In this document: one piece after another, positions 20,279 to 31,736 of the stretch
Layout: every line of letters begins with the position of its first letter
Position numbering within the stretch: the first letter of the stretch is position 1
Assembly: GCF_013365495.1 (NCBI RefSeq)
Contig: NZ_CP046580.1
Coordinates: 150,001 to 182,000, forward strand
Reading direction: 5' to 3'
Source: Candidatus Saccharimonadota bacterium
GTDB taxonomy: Bacteria; Pseudomonadota; Alphaproteobacteria; Rickettsiales; Anaplasmataceae
DNA length: 32,000 nt
The notes under the pieces: model-generated
Told to the model about the DNA's origin: nothing
What the model saw: only the letters and a program-made list of their open reading frames with translations
Database searches by the model: none
Made by a program: the position numbers and the translations under genes

Positions 20279-22084
20279 ATGAATTGCTATAAAACTCATA
20301 CGTGCAATGAACTAAGGAAGGAGGATGTAGAAAAAGAGGTTATTCTTTCTGGATGGTTACATCATAAACGTAACCATGGTAATCTTATCTTTGTTGATTT
20401 AAGAGATTTTTATGGAATTACCCAACTAATATTTAATAATGACAAAGATTTTTTTAATGAAATTTTAAATTTAAAATCAGAAAGTGTAATTACTGTTACA
20501 GGAATAGTCAAGGCTAGAATTGAAGGTGCAGTAAACAGCTCTATTTCTACAGGGGAAATAGAGGTTATAGTTAGTAGCTTATGTGTTGAGTCAGAAGTTC
20601 AGTTTCACTGTAATAAAAAAATAGCGAAAGAAGAAAAAGGTATATTGGCAAGTATTTCTGGAAAACAAGAGTATCCAGAAAATATGAGGTTTAAATATCG
20701 GTTTCTTGATTTAAGGCGAGAAAAAGTTCGTAACAACATAATCTTGCGTTCACAAGTGATTACAGAACTTCGTAAGCTCATGATAGAGCAAGGTTTTTTA
20801 GAAATTCAAACTCCTATACTTACTGCTTCATCTCCTGAAGGAGCACGTGATTATTTAGTTCCTAGCAGATTAAATCCAGGTAAGTTTTATGCATTACCGC
20901 AAGCTCCACAGATTTTTAAGCAATTGCTTATGGTATCAGGATTTGATAAATATTTTCAAATTGCACCATGTTTCCGTGATGAAGATGCAAGGTCAGATCG
21001 TTCTCCTGGGGAATTTTATCAACTAGATCTTGAAATGTCTTTTGTAACTCAGGAAGAAATATTTCAAGTGATCGAAAATGTCTTATACAAAGTATTTACC
21101 AAATTTTCTCATAAGTCAGTTAACAAGAACTTTCCACGCATTACATATAAAGAGGCAATGCTAAAATATGGTTCTGATAAACCAGATCTACGTAACCCAT
21201 TGTTAATCAGCGATGTTACAGAAATTTTTCGTAATTCAAGATTTAATATTTTTAAAAATAATATTGAGCAAGGTATGGTAGTTAGAGCCATTCCTGCTCC
21301 TAAAACGGCAGAAGAGTCACGTAGTTTTTTTGATAAAAAAATAATAGAGCATGCTAAAAAAGAATTCGGTGCTAAAGGTCTAGGATATATAACTTTTAAT
21401 AAAAATGGCGCCGTAAAAGGATCAATTGCCAAATTTTTTGATAGTGATAAGCTAAATTATATAAGAGAAATAACAAATATAAAACCTGGAGATAGTATCT
21501 TCTTTGCTTCTGATAAAGAAGATGAAGCAGCAATAATTGCAGGGAAAGTACGCACCCTTTTAGGATCAGAATTAGGTCTTATAGATAAAAATGTATTTGA
21601 GTTCTGCTGGGTTATTGACTTTCCATATTTTGGGTATGACATTAAAAATAAAAAAATTGATTTTTTTCATAATCCATTTTCTATGCCACATGGTGGCTTA
21701 AAAGATTTGGAGGAGAAAAATCCACTATATATTCTTGCTTACCAATATGATCTTGTTTGTAATGGAATAGAATTATCAAGCGGAGCGATTCGTAATAACA
21801 AATTAGATATTATGTATAAAGCTTTTGCTATTTTAGGCTATAGTAAGGAAGAAGTTGATATAAAGTTTAGTGCACTTGTGCGTGCATTTAGATTTGGAGT
21901 ACCACCTCATGGTGGGGTAGCACCAGGAATTGATAGGATGGTTATGTTACTTGCTGATGAACCAAGTATTCGTGAAGTAATATGCTTTCCTATGAATCAA
22001 CAAGGTGAGGATGTTTTAATGAGTGCTCCCTCTAAGATACAAAGCAAACATTTACGTGAATTATTTTTGCGAGTTATTGATTGA
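20279..22084 (+). CDS. aspS: Aspartyl-tRNA synthetase (class IIb)
   Basis: 601 aa with an OB-fold N-terminus, [14 protein letters not shown]-type motif 2 ([20 protein letters not shown]) and motif 3 [13 protein letters not shown]. It is probably non-discriminating, as in lineages that use GatCAB, but that is inference only. Confidence 0.93.
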   Translation: MNCYKTHTCNELRKEDVEKEVILSGWLHHKRNHGNLIFVDLRDFYGITQLIFNNDKDFFNEILNLKSESVITVTGIVKARIEGAVNSSISTGEIEVIVSSLCVESEVQFHCNKKIAKEEKGILASISGKQEYPENMRFKYRFLDLRREKVRNNIILRSQVITELRKLMIEQGFLEIQTPILTASSPEGARDYLVPSRLNPGKFYALPQAPQIFKQLLMVSGFDKYFQIAPCFRDEDARSDRSPGEFYQLDLEMSFVTQEEIFQVIENVLYKVFTKFSHKSVNKNFPRITYKEAMLKYGSDKPDLRNPLLISDVTEIFRNSRFNIFKNNIEQGMVVRAIPAPKTAEESRSFFDKKIIEHAKKEFGAKGLGYITFNKNGAVKGSIAKFFDSDKLNYIREITNIKPGDSIFFASDKEDEAAIIAGKVRTLLGSELGLIDKNVFEFCWVIDFPYFGYDIKNKKIDFFHNPFSMPHGGLKDLEEKNPLYILAYQYDLVCNGIELSSGAIRNNKLDIMYKAFAILGYSKEEVDIKFSALVRAFRFGVPPHGGVAPGIDRMVMLLADEPSIREVICFPMNQQGEDVLMSAPSKIQSKHLRELFLRVID

Positions 22085-22109
22085 AGTACCTAGATTAAAC
22101 TAAGAAAAC

Positions 22110-23366
22110 ATGAATAATATTCAAAAAGCAATACTATCAGGTATAATTTGCAATATGATCATATGGTATGAGTTAACCTTATTTGGAGCTTTAACACATA
22201 CAATAAGTGATGTTCTTTTTTTATCAGGAAGTGAATATGTAAAAAGAATCAAATTTCTTGGCAGTTTTGCGATTGGGTTTGGATTTAGGCCTCTTGGGGC
22301 ATTTGTCTTTGGCTATATAGGAGATAAATATGGCAGGAGAAAAATTTTGCTGGCTTCTGTAATATTAGCTTCGATATCATCTACTGCAATTGCAGTGATA
22401 CCTAGTGCCAAAGAAATAGGGGTATTTTCTCCTATATTGCTTCTGGTTTGTAGAATAATACAAGGAATGGCAACAGGTGGAGAAACAAGCATTAATTCAG
22501 CTTTTTTGATAGAGCATTCAAGTGATAAAAAAAATCTAGGTTTTTTAGGTAGTATAAAAGTTTTTAGTGGCGCTCTTGGTTCTATTACATGTTTTATAAT
22601 GATAGCTATTTGCAAAAAATTTACAGGTGAAAATTACGAAATTTGGGGTTGGAGGTTACTTTTCTATTTTTGTTCTGTTATGGGTGTAATAGGCTTTTTG
22701 ATAAGATATATAATGGAGGAAAGCTTAGCATATAAAATGCATAGTCAAAGCTTGTTTAGTTCGCCATTTTTAGAAATGATCCAGAAATATAAAAGAGTAT
22801 TTATCATAGCAATTGGACTTGGTATTGCTCAGAATGCAATTGTTTATTCAGCAATTATGTTTTATAATATATCTGTAAAAGGGCTGATTTTATCAGGTAT
22901 AGATATTAAAAATGTAGTAAGGATTATGGTTGAAATTACATTTGGAATATCTGCAGTATTACTTGCAGCATTATCTGATAAAATTGGAAGAAAGAATGTT
23001 ATGATTCCTACATTAATAACGTTAGCTTGTATCAGTTTGCCAGTTCTTCCATTATTATCATGTAATAGTCATTATGTTGTAGTGCTTACTTTTTTGTCAG
23101 TAAGTATACCAATAGGTGGGTCTTTTGGAGTATATAATTCTCTTGTTTGTGAATTATTTCCAACAAGAATTAGGTGTACTGGTTTTAGTTTAGCTCATAA
23201 CATATCTGCAGGAATTTTTGGTGGTATTTCTCCATCCATATGTATGTGGCTTATAGAAAAGGCTGAAACAAAGCTTGCAGCAGGTATTTATCTTATTACG
23301 TGTGCATTAATCAGTCTAATATCTATACTTCAAATTAAAAATAGAGATAAAAAAATTGACTGGTAA
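22110..23366 (+). CDS. Major facilitator superfamily transporter (ProP-like metabolite:H+ symporter)
   Basis: 418 aa and highly hydrophobic, with about 12 predicted helices. It carries the MFS loop motif GDKYGRRK. It starts 25 nt after aspS on the same strand. Confidence 0.8.
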   Translation: MNNIQKAILSGIICNMIIWYELTLFGALTHTISDVLFLSGSEYVKRIKFLGSFAIGFGFRPLGAFVFGYIGDKYGRRKILLASVILASISSTAIAVIPSAKEIGVFSPILLLVCRIIQGMATGGETSINSAFLIEHSSDKKNLGFLGSIKVFSGALGSITCFIMIAICKKFTGENYEIWGWRLLFYFCSVMGVIGFLIRYIMEESLAYKMHSQSLFSSPFLEMIQKYKRVFIIAIGLGIAQNAIVYSAIMFYNISVKGLILSGIDIKNVVRIMVEITFGISAVLLAALSDKIGRKNVMIPTLITLACISLPVLPLLSCNSHYVVVLTFLSVSIPIGGSFGVYNSLVCELFPTRIRCTGFSLAHNISAGIFGGISPSICMWLIEKAETKLAAGIYLITCALISLISILQIKNRDKKIDW

Positions 23367-23504
23367 AATCTTTAATGATAATCTTTATATTTTAATTATA
23401 TTTAATATCTTTATTAACTAGTTTCCATGTTTTTTATGGAATAAAAATATTTAGTAATTAAGAAAAAAATAGTAAACGGTTCTTTATTTATGAAGATAAT
23501 TTTA

Positions 23505-24014
23505 TTACTTAGTAATGAGAGCTAAAAAATACTGATTACCTTCTTGTTTAGGTGCTAATTCTACTTTTGAGATATCTTCAGTATCTTTGATCAACCGTTC
23601 TAACTTTTCTAGTCCCATTTCAGTATTTATTAGTTCTCTACCTCTAAATTTCATTGTCACTTTGATTTTATGTCCATGTATGAGAAAATCTCTTACTTGA
23701 CGTAATTTTGTTTCATAATCATGATTGCTAATATTGGGACCTAGTTTAATTTCTTTTATAGTGAATGCTTTTTGTTTCTTTTTTGCTTCACTTGCTTTTT
23801 TTTTTGCATTATACTTTTGTTTACTATAATTTAAAATTTTGCATACTGGAGGGGTTGAATCAGATACAATTTCCACTAAATCTAAACTTACATTTTGTGC
23901 AGCTTCTAAGGCTTGTTCTATTGTTACAATTCCAACCATGTGGCCATGGTGGTCAACTAGGCGTACTTCCTTAGCTGTGATAAGTTCATTAATTCTATTT
24001 TTTTTAATTTGCAA
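23505..24014 (-). CDS. infC: Translation initiation factor IF-3
   Basis: 169 aa with the N-domain RINELITAKEVRLVD and a C-domain with KEIKLGPNISNHDYETKLR. The start is TTG at 24014, with AAGGAG 6 nt upstream. Confidence 0.92.
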   Translation of the reverse strand: MQIKKNRINELITAKEVRLVDHHGHMVGIVTIEQALEAAQNVSLDLVEIVSDSTPPVCKILNYSKQKYNAKKKASEAKKKQKAFTIKEIKLGPNISNHDYETKLRQVRDFLIHGHKIKVTMKFRGRELINTEMGLEKLERLIKDTEDISKVELAPKQEGNQYFLALITK

Positions 24015-24020
24015 ACCTAA

Positions 24021-24026
24021 CTCCTT
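24021..24026 (-). promoter_or_regulatory. Shine-Dalgarno element of infC overlapping the thrS stop codon
   Basis: The minus strand reads TAAGGAG TTAGGT TTG. The AAGGAG shares its first A with the thrS TAA stop and sits 6 nt before the infC TTG. Confidence 0.6.
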
Positions 24027-25927
24027 TAGCTTAAATTAATATTTTTTAATAGAAGTTCAATAGCCTTTTCATAAGAAAAAGACTCTTGTCTTTTCGACCC
24101 TAAATTCCTCACTGATACTGTTTTACTTGCAATTTCATTTTTACCTATTATCCATAATATAGGAACCTTATTTGTACTATGCAAGCGTATTTTATAACTA
24201 ATTTTTTCATTGGTTAAATTCATTTTAACCCTAACGCCTTGCTTTCTTAAAACTTCATTAATTTCTTTAGCATAGTTATCAGCCTCATTTGTAACTGTTA
24301 GAATAGCAAGCTGTGTTGGAGCAAGCCACAATGGAAATTGTCCTGCATAATGTTCTATTAAAACTCCAATAAAACGCTCAAAAGTTCCAAGAATTGCTCT
24401 GTGTAGCATTACAGGATGGTGCTTCTGTCCATCCGCTCCTATATAAAAAGCTCCGAGACGTTTTGGTAAAATAAAATCGACTTGTAGTGTTCCACACTGC
24501 CAGCTTCTACCTATTGCATCTTTTAGAATAAATTCTAACTTTGGACCATAAAATGCACCTTCACCGGGGTTAAGTTTATAATTTATTCCTGTTTTTTTAA
24601 CAGCCTCTAGCAATGCTTTTTCAGCTTTATTCCATACTTCATCGTCTCCTGCTCTAATGTTTGGACGATCTGAAAATTTTACAAAGATTTCATTAAACCC
24701 AAGTTCTGAGTATACTCCTTTTAGGAGATCACAAAATTTTACAGTTTCAAAATTGATTTGTTCTTCCATACAAAAAATGTGTGCATCATCTTGAGTAAAG
24801 CCACGTACTCGCATCAGTCCATGTAATGAACCTGAGCTTTCATTTCTATGACATACACCAAACTCTGCCATACGTATAGGTAAGTCACGATAACTTCTAA
24901 TACTAGAATTAAAGATCTGTACATGACAAGGACAATTCATAGGTTTTATTGCTAGCTCTTCATTCTTAAATTTATTAACAAAAAACATATTTTCTTGGAA
25001 CTTATCCCAATGTCCGGATTTTTCCCATAGTTCCTTATTTACCAAAATAGGGGTTCTTACTTCAAAATAACCATTATCTACTAATTTTTTTCTCATATAA
25101 GACTCAAGAATATTATATAAAATATATCCCTGTTCATGCCAAAAAACTTGTCCAATAGCTTCTTCTTGAATATGAAATAAATCCATGTCTCTAGCAATTT
25201 TACGGTGGTCGCGTTTTTCTGCTTCTTCTAAACGTTTAAGATAAGTATTTAATTCATTCTGACTTCTCCATGCGGTGCCATATATTCGTTGTAACATTGG
25301 GCCATTGGAGTCACCACGCCAATATACTCCTGCAACTTTCATCAATTTAAATGCTTTAACTTTACCAGTTGAGGGAGAGTGTGGACCGCGACATAAGTCA
25401 ACAAAATTACCTTGTTTATAAATAGTGAGATCTTCATTTGTTGATATGTAAGAAATAATATCAATTTTGTACTTTTCACCTATACTGTTAAAAAAATCAA
25501 TTGCTTGTTTACGGCTCCAAACCTTTCGAATAAATTTATAGTTATCTTTTATAATTTTTTTCATTTTTTTTTCTATTAAGAAGAGATCACTCGTAGTAAA
25601 AGTGTAATCTGTAGCAAAATCATAATAGAAACCATCTTCGGTTGTTGAATCAATAATAACTTGAATACTAGGAAAAAGCTCTTTTACTGCTTGAGCCATT
25701 ATATGAGCAGCATCATGCCTTATGATATCTAAAGCAATTTCATCACTGAATTGTATTACCTCTACTTCTGTGTTAGATTCAATTTTGTGTGAAAGATCAT
25801 ATAACTTACCATTAATCTTTAAAGCAATAGCTTCTTTTAAAGAATCTAGTTTTAATGTATGAAAACCAGTAACTTTATTGTTATACTCTTCTACTTTTTG
25901 TTTAGCTGAAAGGGTGACTTTTATCAT
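24026..25927 (-). CDS. thrS: Threonyl-tRNA synthetase
   Basis: 633 aa with an N-terminal TGS domain, the editing-domain HxxxH context ([11 protein letters not shown]), the class II core ([26 protein letters not shown]) and a C-terminal anticodon-binding domain. Confidence 0.95.
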   Translation of the reverse strand: MIKVTLSAKQKVEEYNNKVTGFHTLKLDSLKEAIALKINGKLYDLSHKIESNTEVEVIQFSDEIALDIIRHDAAHIMAQAVKELFPSIQVIIDSTTEDGFYYDFATDYTFTTSDLFLIEKKMKKIIKDNYKFIRKVWSRKQAIDFFNSIGEKYKIDIISYISTNEDLTIYKQGNFVDLCRGPHSPSTGKVKAFKLMKVAGVYWRGDSNGPMLQRIYGTAWRSQNELNTYLKRLEEAEKRDHRKIARDMDLFHIQEEAIGQVFWHEQGYILYNILESYMRKKLVDNGYFEVRTPILVNKELWEKSGHWDKFQENMFFVNKFKNEELAIKPMNCPCHVQIFNSSIRSYRDLPIRMAEFGVCHRNESSGSLHGLMRVRGFTQDDAHIFCMEEQINFETVKFCDLLKGVYSELGFNEIFVKFSDRPNIRAGDDEVWNKAEKALLEAVKKTGINYKLNPGEGAFYGPKLEFILKDAIGRSWQCGTLQVDFILPKRLGAFYIGADGQKHHPVMLHRAILGTFERFIGVLIEHYAGQFPLWLAPTQLAILTVTNEADNYAKEINEVLRKQGVRVKMNLTNEKISYKIRLHSTNKVPILWIIGKNEIASKTVSVRNLGSKRQESFSYEKAIELLLKNINLS

Positions 25928-25932
25928 AAATT

Positions 25933-26415
25933 TTAGAAATAGGATCTATTTTTTTTAAACCTAAGTTTAATTGCTTCTTCCCAAATTTCACCGTTACGTA
26001 ATAATTTTTCTTTATCATATATTAATTCTTTTCTTGTTTCTGTTGCAAATTCAAAATTTGGTCCTTCAACAATCGCATCAACTGGACATGCTTCTTGACA
26101 AAGTCCACAATATATACATTTTGTCATATCAATATCATAACGGGTGGTGCAACGACTTCCGTCTTCCCTTTCTTCTGCTTCAATAATTATTGCCTGAGCT
26201 GGGCAAATTACTTCACATAATTTACAAGCTATACATCTCTCTTTACCATTTGAATACCTACGTAATGCATGTTCACCACGAAATCTTGGACTTAGACGGC
26301 CTTTCTCCATGGGATACCTGAGTGTAACCTTTGGCTTAAACATGTATTTTAATGTAATGGCAAAACCTCTGATTAATTCTATAAAAAAGCAATACCAAGC
26401 TATTTTTTTGAGCAT
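25933..26415 (-). CDS. nuoI: NADH-quinone oxidoreductase subunit I
   Basis: 160 aa with two 4Fe-4S ferredoxin motifs, [12 protein letters not shown] and [12 protein letters not shown], in the NuoI arrangement. Its stop is 5 nt before the thrS ATG. Confidence 0.92.
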   Translation of the reverse strand: MLKKIAWYCFFIELIRGFAITLKYMFKPKVTLRYPMEKGRLSPRFRGEHALRRYSNGKERCIACKLCEVICPAQAIIIEAEEREDGSRCTTRYDIDMTKCIYCGLCQEACPVDAIVEGPNFEFATETRKELIYDKEKLLRNGEIWEEAIKLRFKKNRSYF

Positions 26416-26490
26416 AAAGACTTAAAAACTTACACAGGTAATTATAGATTAAATTGCTGGTTTTCAAAAGGTCTTTTTTCTTGCTTCAAT

Positions 26491-27288
26491 TTAAATTATA
26501 TGTGAATCAGTCAACTTTATTCCTACTATATTATACCCCGAATCAACATGTAAAATTTCTCCAGTGGTGCCGCTACTTAAATCACTCAGTAAATATAGTG
26601 CTGCTTTTCCAATGTCCTCTATTGTAGTGTTACGTCTTAGTGGAGAATTATTTTTATTCCATTTTGATATAAAATAAAAATTACTTATTCCAGAAGATGC
26701 TAAAGTTCTGATTGGACCAGCAGAAATAGCATTGACTCTAATATTTTGTGGTCCTAAGTCACATGCTAAATATTTTACACTTGCCTCAAGTGCTGCTTTA
26801 CATAAACCCATAACATTGTAATTAGGTATAACCTTTTCAGCACCGTAATAGGACAAAGTAAGTAGATTACCAACGTTTGGCATTATTTTTTCGGCTCTTT
26901 GAGCTAAAGCAGTAAAAGAATAGCATGATATATGCATTGCATTGAGAAAATTCTTTAGTGAGGTATTGATATATCTGCTACTTAATTCATTTTTATCAGA
27001 AAAGGCAACCGCATGTACTAAAAAATCAAGGGTACTCCATTTTCTTTTTATTACTCTAAAAATATCATCTATAGTTTCTTCATTTGCCACATCACAACTC
27101 AGTACTAACTTTATATTTAGTTCAGCTGCTATCGATGATAGCCTCTTTTTTGCTATTTCGTTTTTGTAGGTAATTGCAAGTTCTGCTCCATGCTCTGAAA
27201 GGATTTTTGCTATACCATAAGCTATTGATCTTCTATTTATTATTCCAATTATTAATCCCTTTTTATTTTTTAATAAAGTTGTTGTCAT
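26491..27288 (-). CDS. fabI: Enoyl-[acyl-carrier-protein] reductase (NADH), FabI
   Basis: 265 aa of the SDR-type FabI class (KGLIIGIINRRSIAYGIAK, catalytic Y-x6-K context YNVMGLCKAALE, AISAGPIRT). Confidence 0.9.
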   Translation of the reverse strand: MTTTLLKNKKGLIIGIINRRSIAYGIAKILSEHGAELAITYKNEIAKKRLSSIAAELNIKLVLSCDVANEETIDDIFRVIKRKWSTLDFLVHAVAFSDKNELSSRYINTSLKNFLNAMHISCYSFTALAQRAEKIMPNVGNLLTLSYYGAEKVIPNYNVMGLCKAALEASVKYLACDLGPQNIRVNAISAGPIRTLASSGISNFYFISKWNKNNSPLRRNTTIEDIGKAALYLLSDLSSGTTGEILHVDSGYNIVGIKLTDSHII

Positions 27289-27522
27289 ATAACCATTTGT
27301 TTTTATTATTTGGAATACTACTCAGCAAAGTTAGGTATTAACTATACTGAAATAACCTTTAAAATTAGTAGGTATATTATCAATTTTGCAAATGAATACA
27401 AGTTTTTAATAAAATTAAAAAATTGAAAAGATCTTAAGGCCATAATAGTGACGCAAGAGTAATAAACTCCTTTATTTAGAATTAAAGTTTTGCTATCTTT
27501 ACATTTTAATAATTTAAAATTA

Positions 27523-29157
27523 ATGGATGTAAACAAAAATAAATTTCTATTTCTTCCACTTGGAGGAGTGGGCAAAATTGGAATGAACGTTAATCTATAC
27601 CATTGCCAAGGTAAGTGGATTATGATTGATCTTGGTATTGGTTTTGCTGACGAAACTATGCCAGGTATTGAGTTACTTGTTGTTGATGTAAGTTTTATTG
27701 CTCAAAGAAAAAAGGATCTACTTGGAATAATAATCACACATGCACATGAAGACCACTGCGGTGCAGTGCCTTATTTATGGAAAGAGTTACAATGTCCTGT
27801 ATATGCAACAAGTTTTACAGTTAATTTTCTTAGGGAAAAACTAAAAGAATTTTGCTTGGAAAGTATAGTACCAGTAAAAAAGGTAGATATAAATGGTAGT
27901 ATAAATTTAGGTCCTTTCACTGTTGAGTTTATAAATATGACTCATTCAATTCCTGAAGCGCATTCAATATTAATTAGCACTAATATAGGAAGTGCACTCC
28001 ATACTGGAGATTGGAAATTTGATCCAAAACCTGTCATTGGACTAACTTCTAATGTAAATCGTTTAAAAGAAATTGGTAATAAGGGTAATTTACTTGCAGT
28101 AATTTGTGATTCAACGAATATATTGAGTCAACATAATCCCGAGTCAGAAGGTGAAATTTATAACAATATTTATAACATAGTGAAACAATCGGAGAAGTTA
28201 GTAGCAGTATCGCTTTTTGCTTCCAATGTAGCGCGAATTGAAACAATAAGTCAAGCTGCAAAGGTATTGAATAGAAAAGTAGTTTTGCTTGGTAGATCCT
28301 TATGGAAAATAATCAGAATTGCTCAAGATAGTGGGCATTTAATTAATTCTGTTCAGTTTTTTGAAGCAAAAGCTGTAGCAAATTTGCCAAGAGAAAAGTT
28401 ATTATTAATATGTACTGGCTGTCAAGGTGAACCAACAGCAGCAACTTCAAAACTTGCTTATAAAAAGCATCATGCATTCAAAATGCAAAAAGGAGATATA
28501 ATGATTCTTTCATCAAAAATTATTCCTGGAAATGAAACTCGTACACATAATATGCTTAATGCTTTCATTGAAATGGGAGTGGAAGTTATTACTGAGAAAA
28601 CAGAAAATATTCATGCTTCTGGGCATCCAACAAAAGAAGAGCTAAGAAAGATGTACTCTTTGATAAAACCGAAAATATCTATTCCTGTTCATGGTGAGTA
28701 TATTCACATCCATGCACATGTAAAATTTGCTAAGGAGTGTGGTGTGGAAAAAGCAATAATGATCACACCAGGCGATATTGTCAACTTAGAGAACGGAGAA
28801 AGGGTTGATTCAATCAGTGTTAATTATTTTGGTATTGATGGTATGTTGCTACGTTATCCAGATAGTAGTGTTATAAAAATGCGTAAAAGGATGAGGGATG
28901 CAGGTGCTATTATAGTGACAGCGATTGTTGACAAAAAGAATAAATTGCTTACTAAGCCAAAAGTATTTACACCAGGTATTTTTGGAGTAACTGAGGATGC
29001 AGCTATTATACAGAAAATTATAAAATCTGTTGAGTTAGCATTTAGTTTACAATCGACAAAAAAGATAAAAAGTAAAATTGAGAATTCGATATTTAATATT
29101 TTAAATGAATATTTACTGAAGAGGCCTATAATTAAAGTCCAAATAGAACAGGTATAA
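27523..29157 (+). CDS. rnj: Ribonuclease J (metallo-beta-lactamase / beta-CASP family)
   Basis: Has the HAHEDH zinc motif, beta-CASP motifs and the N-terminus MDVNKNKFLFLPLGGVGKIGMN typical of RNase J. The ORF track begins at TTG 27490. ATG 27523 fits the family N-terminus better. Confidence 0.88.
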   Translation: MDVNKNKFLFLPLGGVGKIGMNVNLYHCQGKWIMIDLGIGFADETMPGIELLVVDVSFIAQRKKDLLGIIITHAHEDHCGAVPYLWKELQCPVYATSFTVNFLREKLKEFCLESIVPVKKVDINGSINLGPFTVEFINMTHSIPEAHSILISTNIGSALHTGDWKFDPKPVIGLTSNVNRLKEIGNKGNLLAVICDSTNILSQHNPESEGEIYNNIYNIVKQSEKLVAVSLFASNVARIETISQAAKVLNRKVVLLGRSLWKIIRIAQDSGHLINSVQFFEAKAVANLPREKLLLICTGCQGEPTAATSKLAYKKHHAFKMQKGDIMILSSKIIPGNETRTHNMLNAFIEMGVEVITEKTENIHASGHPTKEELRKMYSLIKPKISIPVHGEYIHIHAHVKFAKECGVEKAIMITPGDIVNLENGERVDSISVNYFGIDGMLLRYPDSSVIKMRKRMRDAGAIIVTAIVDKKNKLLTKPKVFTPGIFGVTEDAAIIQKIIKSVELAFSLQSTKKIKSKIENSIFNILNEYLLKRPIIKVQIEQV

Positions 29158-29930
29158 AATAAAATTTTATTTATTAATTAATATTATTTTTTGTATTATT
29201 TTAGCTTAATTTTACGGAAGATTATTTTCTATTAGATAAAAAAACAACATAGTAATTATCAGAAGTTGTAGGTGTCGTATATATAAAATGTGACTGAGAA
29301 ATAGGTTTTGAGTAAGATTTTGCAAAAATAATAAAAGCGATCATAAAATATTTTTATATAACAAATATCTATTGATTAGACTGATCTTAATTTTGAATTA
29401 CTCGTTAGTTAATTTACTCTTTAATGAAGTGAGCAAGGATAATTAGTGTGTTATATATCAGCTCTTATTTATTTTTATTGTGAATGAATAAATGAATACA
29501 TGACAAGCATGAATCTTTCTCTTTGTTTAATTAATTTTAGAAGATATATAAACTTGTATCGATGTTCATAATAATTATGTATTTATAGTGTGTGGCTTAA
29601 CTTCTCGAATTATGCAATTGGTTAAAAAATTTTAAAGCAGGTTAATATGCTAAGGAATTTAAAATAAAGTTAGGACAGTAGTCTTGAAGTATATTTTTTT
29701 CATATGCAGTAACCATAACGCTCTGTTCATTTAGGCGAATCAATCATTTTAACACTTAAAAAGTGCTTTTATAATTATCAACTTAACGTAATTTTATTTT
29801 TTAAATTAAGTTATATAGCATTAAAATGACAAATAATAAATTTAATATTAACTATTTTATCTATTAAACTACTAATATGAAATATTAACTAACTTATAAT
29901 GTGAAGTATGCAAAATAATTATAAAAGTAG

Positions 29931-29952
29931 TAAGATACTTTTAAGATACTTT
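29931..29952. repeat. Perfect 11-bp tandem duplication (TAAGATACTTT x2)
   Basis: Read directly: taagatacttt taagatacttt, followed by aagg. It lies inside the ORF-free tract upstream of nuoF. Confidence 0.85.
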
Positions 29953-30461
29953 AAGGTTTCCTTTTTCTCAGTACACTAAATAAGATATATGTTTTTATCT
30001 AAACTTCTTAAATAGAGGTATTATTACCTATATACATTAGAGTTTACTATTTTAAAAGCGTTTCTACTAGAAATCTTTTCTAAGGTCTTTTATTTTTTTC
30101 TAAAAACTTACTTTTAGTGTATAGTAATTTTTTTGAAGAAGTAATATTTTTTGCTTGCTTTGAGTTTTTTGTGATGCTTTTTTCTTTTATTAAGATTTAT
30201 TAATTAAGTATGAAACTGAAACAGTAAATTGTAAAATTTTCAAACTTAACTAAAGTTAAAAAAATGAAGAAAATTTTTATAACTAAATTAAATTTTATAA
30301 ATCTAGTTAATTTTTGTTGTAAATTTTAATAGACATAATATATTATTAAATAATCAGTAACAATCAATATAAGATAACTAATTTTGTCAAGTTTAAGGTA
30401 TAGTGAGTATGAAGAGTTGAATTTTTAGTATTTGTTAATTTATTTTAGATTTTAAATAGTT

Positions 30462-31736
30462 ATGTTAAAGGAAGAGGACAAAATATTCACAAACTTGAAT
30501 GGTAGAGAAAATTCACTGCTTAAAGATGCGAAAAAGCGTGGAAGTTGGCAGAAAACAAAAGAGCTATTAGATTTAGGTTCCGAAAAGATTATTGATGAGG
30601 TAAAAAAATCTGGCTTAAGAGGTCGAGGAGGTGCAGGTTTTTTAACTGGTCTTAAGTGGAGTTTTATGCTCAAAAATTCTTTAAAAAAACAACCGATATA
30701 TCTAGTAGTGAATGCAGATGAGTCAGAGCCTGGTACATGCAAAGATAGAGACATATTAAGATATGAACCACATAAATTGCTTGAGGGAATTCTCTTGGCT
30801 GGTAAAGCAATTAATGCATCAACTGCATATATTTACATAAGAGGTGAGTTTTATAATGAATATCTAGTTTTAAAAAAATCACTTAAGGAAGCTTATAAGG
30901 AAGGACTGATCGGAAAAAATGCATGTAGATCGGACTATAATCTTGATGTATTTATCCATAGAGGTGCGGGAGCTTATATATGTGGAGAAGAAACAGCTCA
31001 ACTTGAGTCAATCGAAGGAAAAAGAGGATTTCCTCGCATAAAGCCTCCATTTCCTGCAGAAGTTGGGCTTTTTGGTTGTCCAACTACAATAAATAACGTT
31101 GAAACCATAGCTATGATTCCAGATATTTTGCGTCGTGGAGGAGAATGGTTTGCATCTCTCGGTAAAGTAAATAATACTGGTACTAAGATCTTTAGTATTT
31201 CAGGGCATGTAAATAATCCCTGTAATGTTGAAGAAGAACTTGGCATTCCACTACGTGAATTAATTGAAAAATATGCAGGTGGAGTTCAAGGGGGTTGGGA
31301 TAATTTACTTGCTGTAATACCTGGTGGATCTTCAGTATCATTAATTCCAAAATTTATATGTGACACTATTGAAATGGATTTTGACTCATTAAGAGCTGTA
31401 CGGTCAGGACTTGGTACTGCTGCTGTAATAGTAATGAACAAATCAACTGATGTAATAGCTGCAATAGAAAGATTATCACATTTTTATATGCATGAATCAT
31501 GTGGACAGTGCACGCCATGTCGTGAGGGTACTGGGTGGATATGGAGAATTATGAAACGAATGGTAACAGGAAAAATTAGTCTTAATGAAATAGATAAGTT
31601 GCTTAATCTTACAACTCAAATAGAAGGACATACAATTTGCGCACTTGGTGATGCTGCAGCTTGGCCAATTCAAGGATTAATAAGACATTTTCGTCATTTA
31701 ATTGAAGAAAGGGCTCAGTTTAATAGAAGTATATAA
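30462..31736 (+). CDS. nuoF: NADH-quinone oxidoreductase subunit F
   Basis: 424 aa with the NADH/FMN site [12 protein letters not shown] and the 4Fe-4S motif [12 protein letters not shown]. The N-terminus IFTNLNG is typical of NuoF. Confidence 0.95.
   Translation: MLKEEDKIFTNLNGRENSLLKDAKKRGSWQKTKELLDLGSEKIIDEVKKSGLRGRGGAGFLTGLKWSFMLKNSLKKQPIYLVVNADESEPGTCKDRDILRYEPHKLLEGILLAGKAINASTAYIYIRGEFYNEYLVLKKSLKEAYKEGLIGKNACRSDYNLDVFIHRGAGAYICGEETAQLESIEGKRGFPRIKPPFPAEVGLFGCPTTINNVETIAMIPDILRRGGEWFASLGKVNNTGTKIFSISGHVNNPCNVEEELGIPLRELIEKYAGGVQGGWDNLLAVIPGGSSVSLIPKFICDTIEMDFDSLRAVRSGLGTAAVIVMNKSTDVIAAIERLSHFYMHESCGQCTPCREGTGWIWRIMKRMVTGKISLNEIDKLLNLTTQIEGHTICALGDAAAWPIQGLIRHFRHLIEERAQFNRSI

Noticed and set aside
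23423-23441. Hairpin TTCCAT-gtttttt-ATGGAA between the convergent MFS gene and infC, considered as a bidirectional terminator.
   Set aside because: The stem is only 6 bp with 2 G-C pairs, and no U-run follows on either strand. I did not list it as a terminator.
27342-27575. 77-codon minus-strand ORF in the fabI / rnj divergent region.
   Set aside because: It overlaps the conserved N-terminus of RNase J on the opposite strand. It has no SD or family resemblance, and its product is a low-complexity hydrophobic string.
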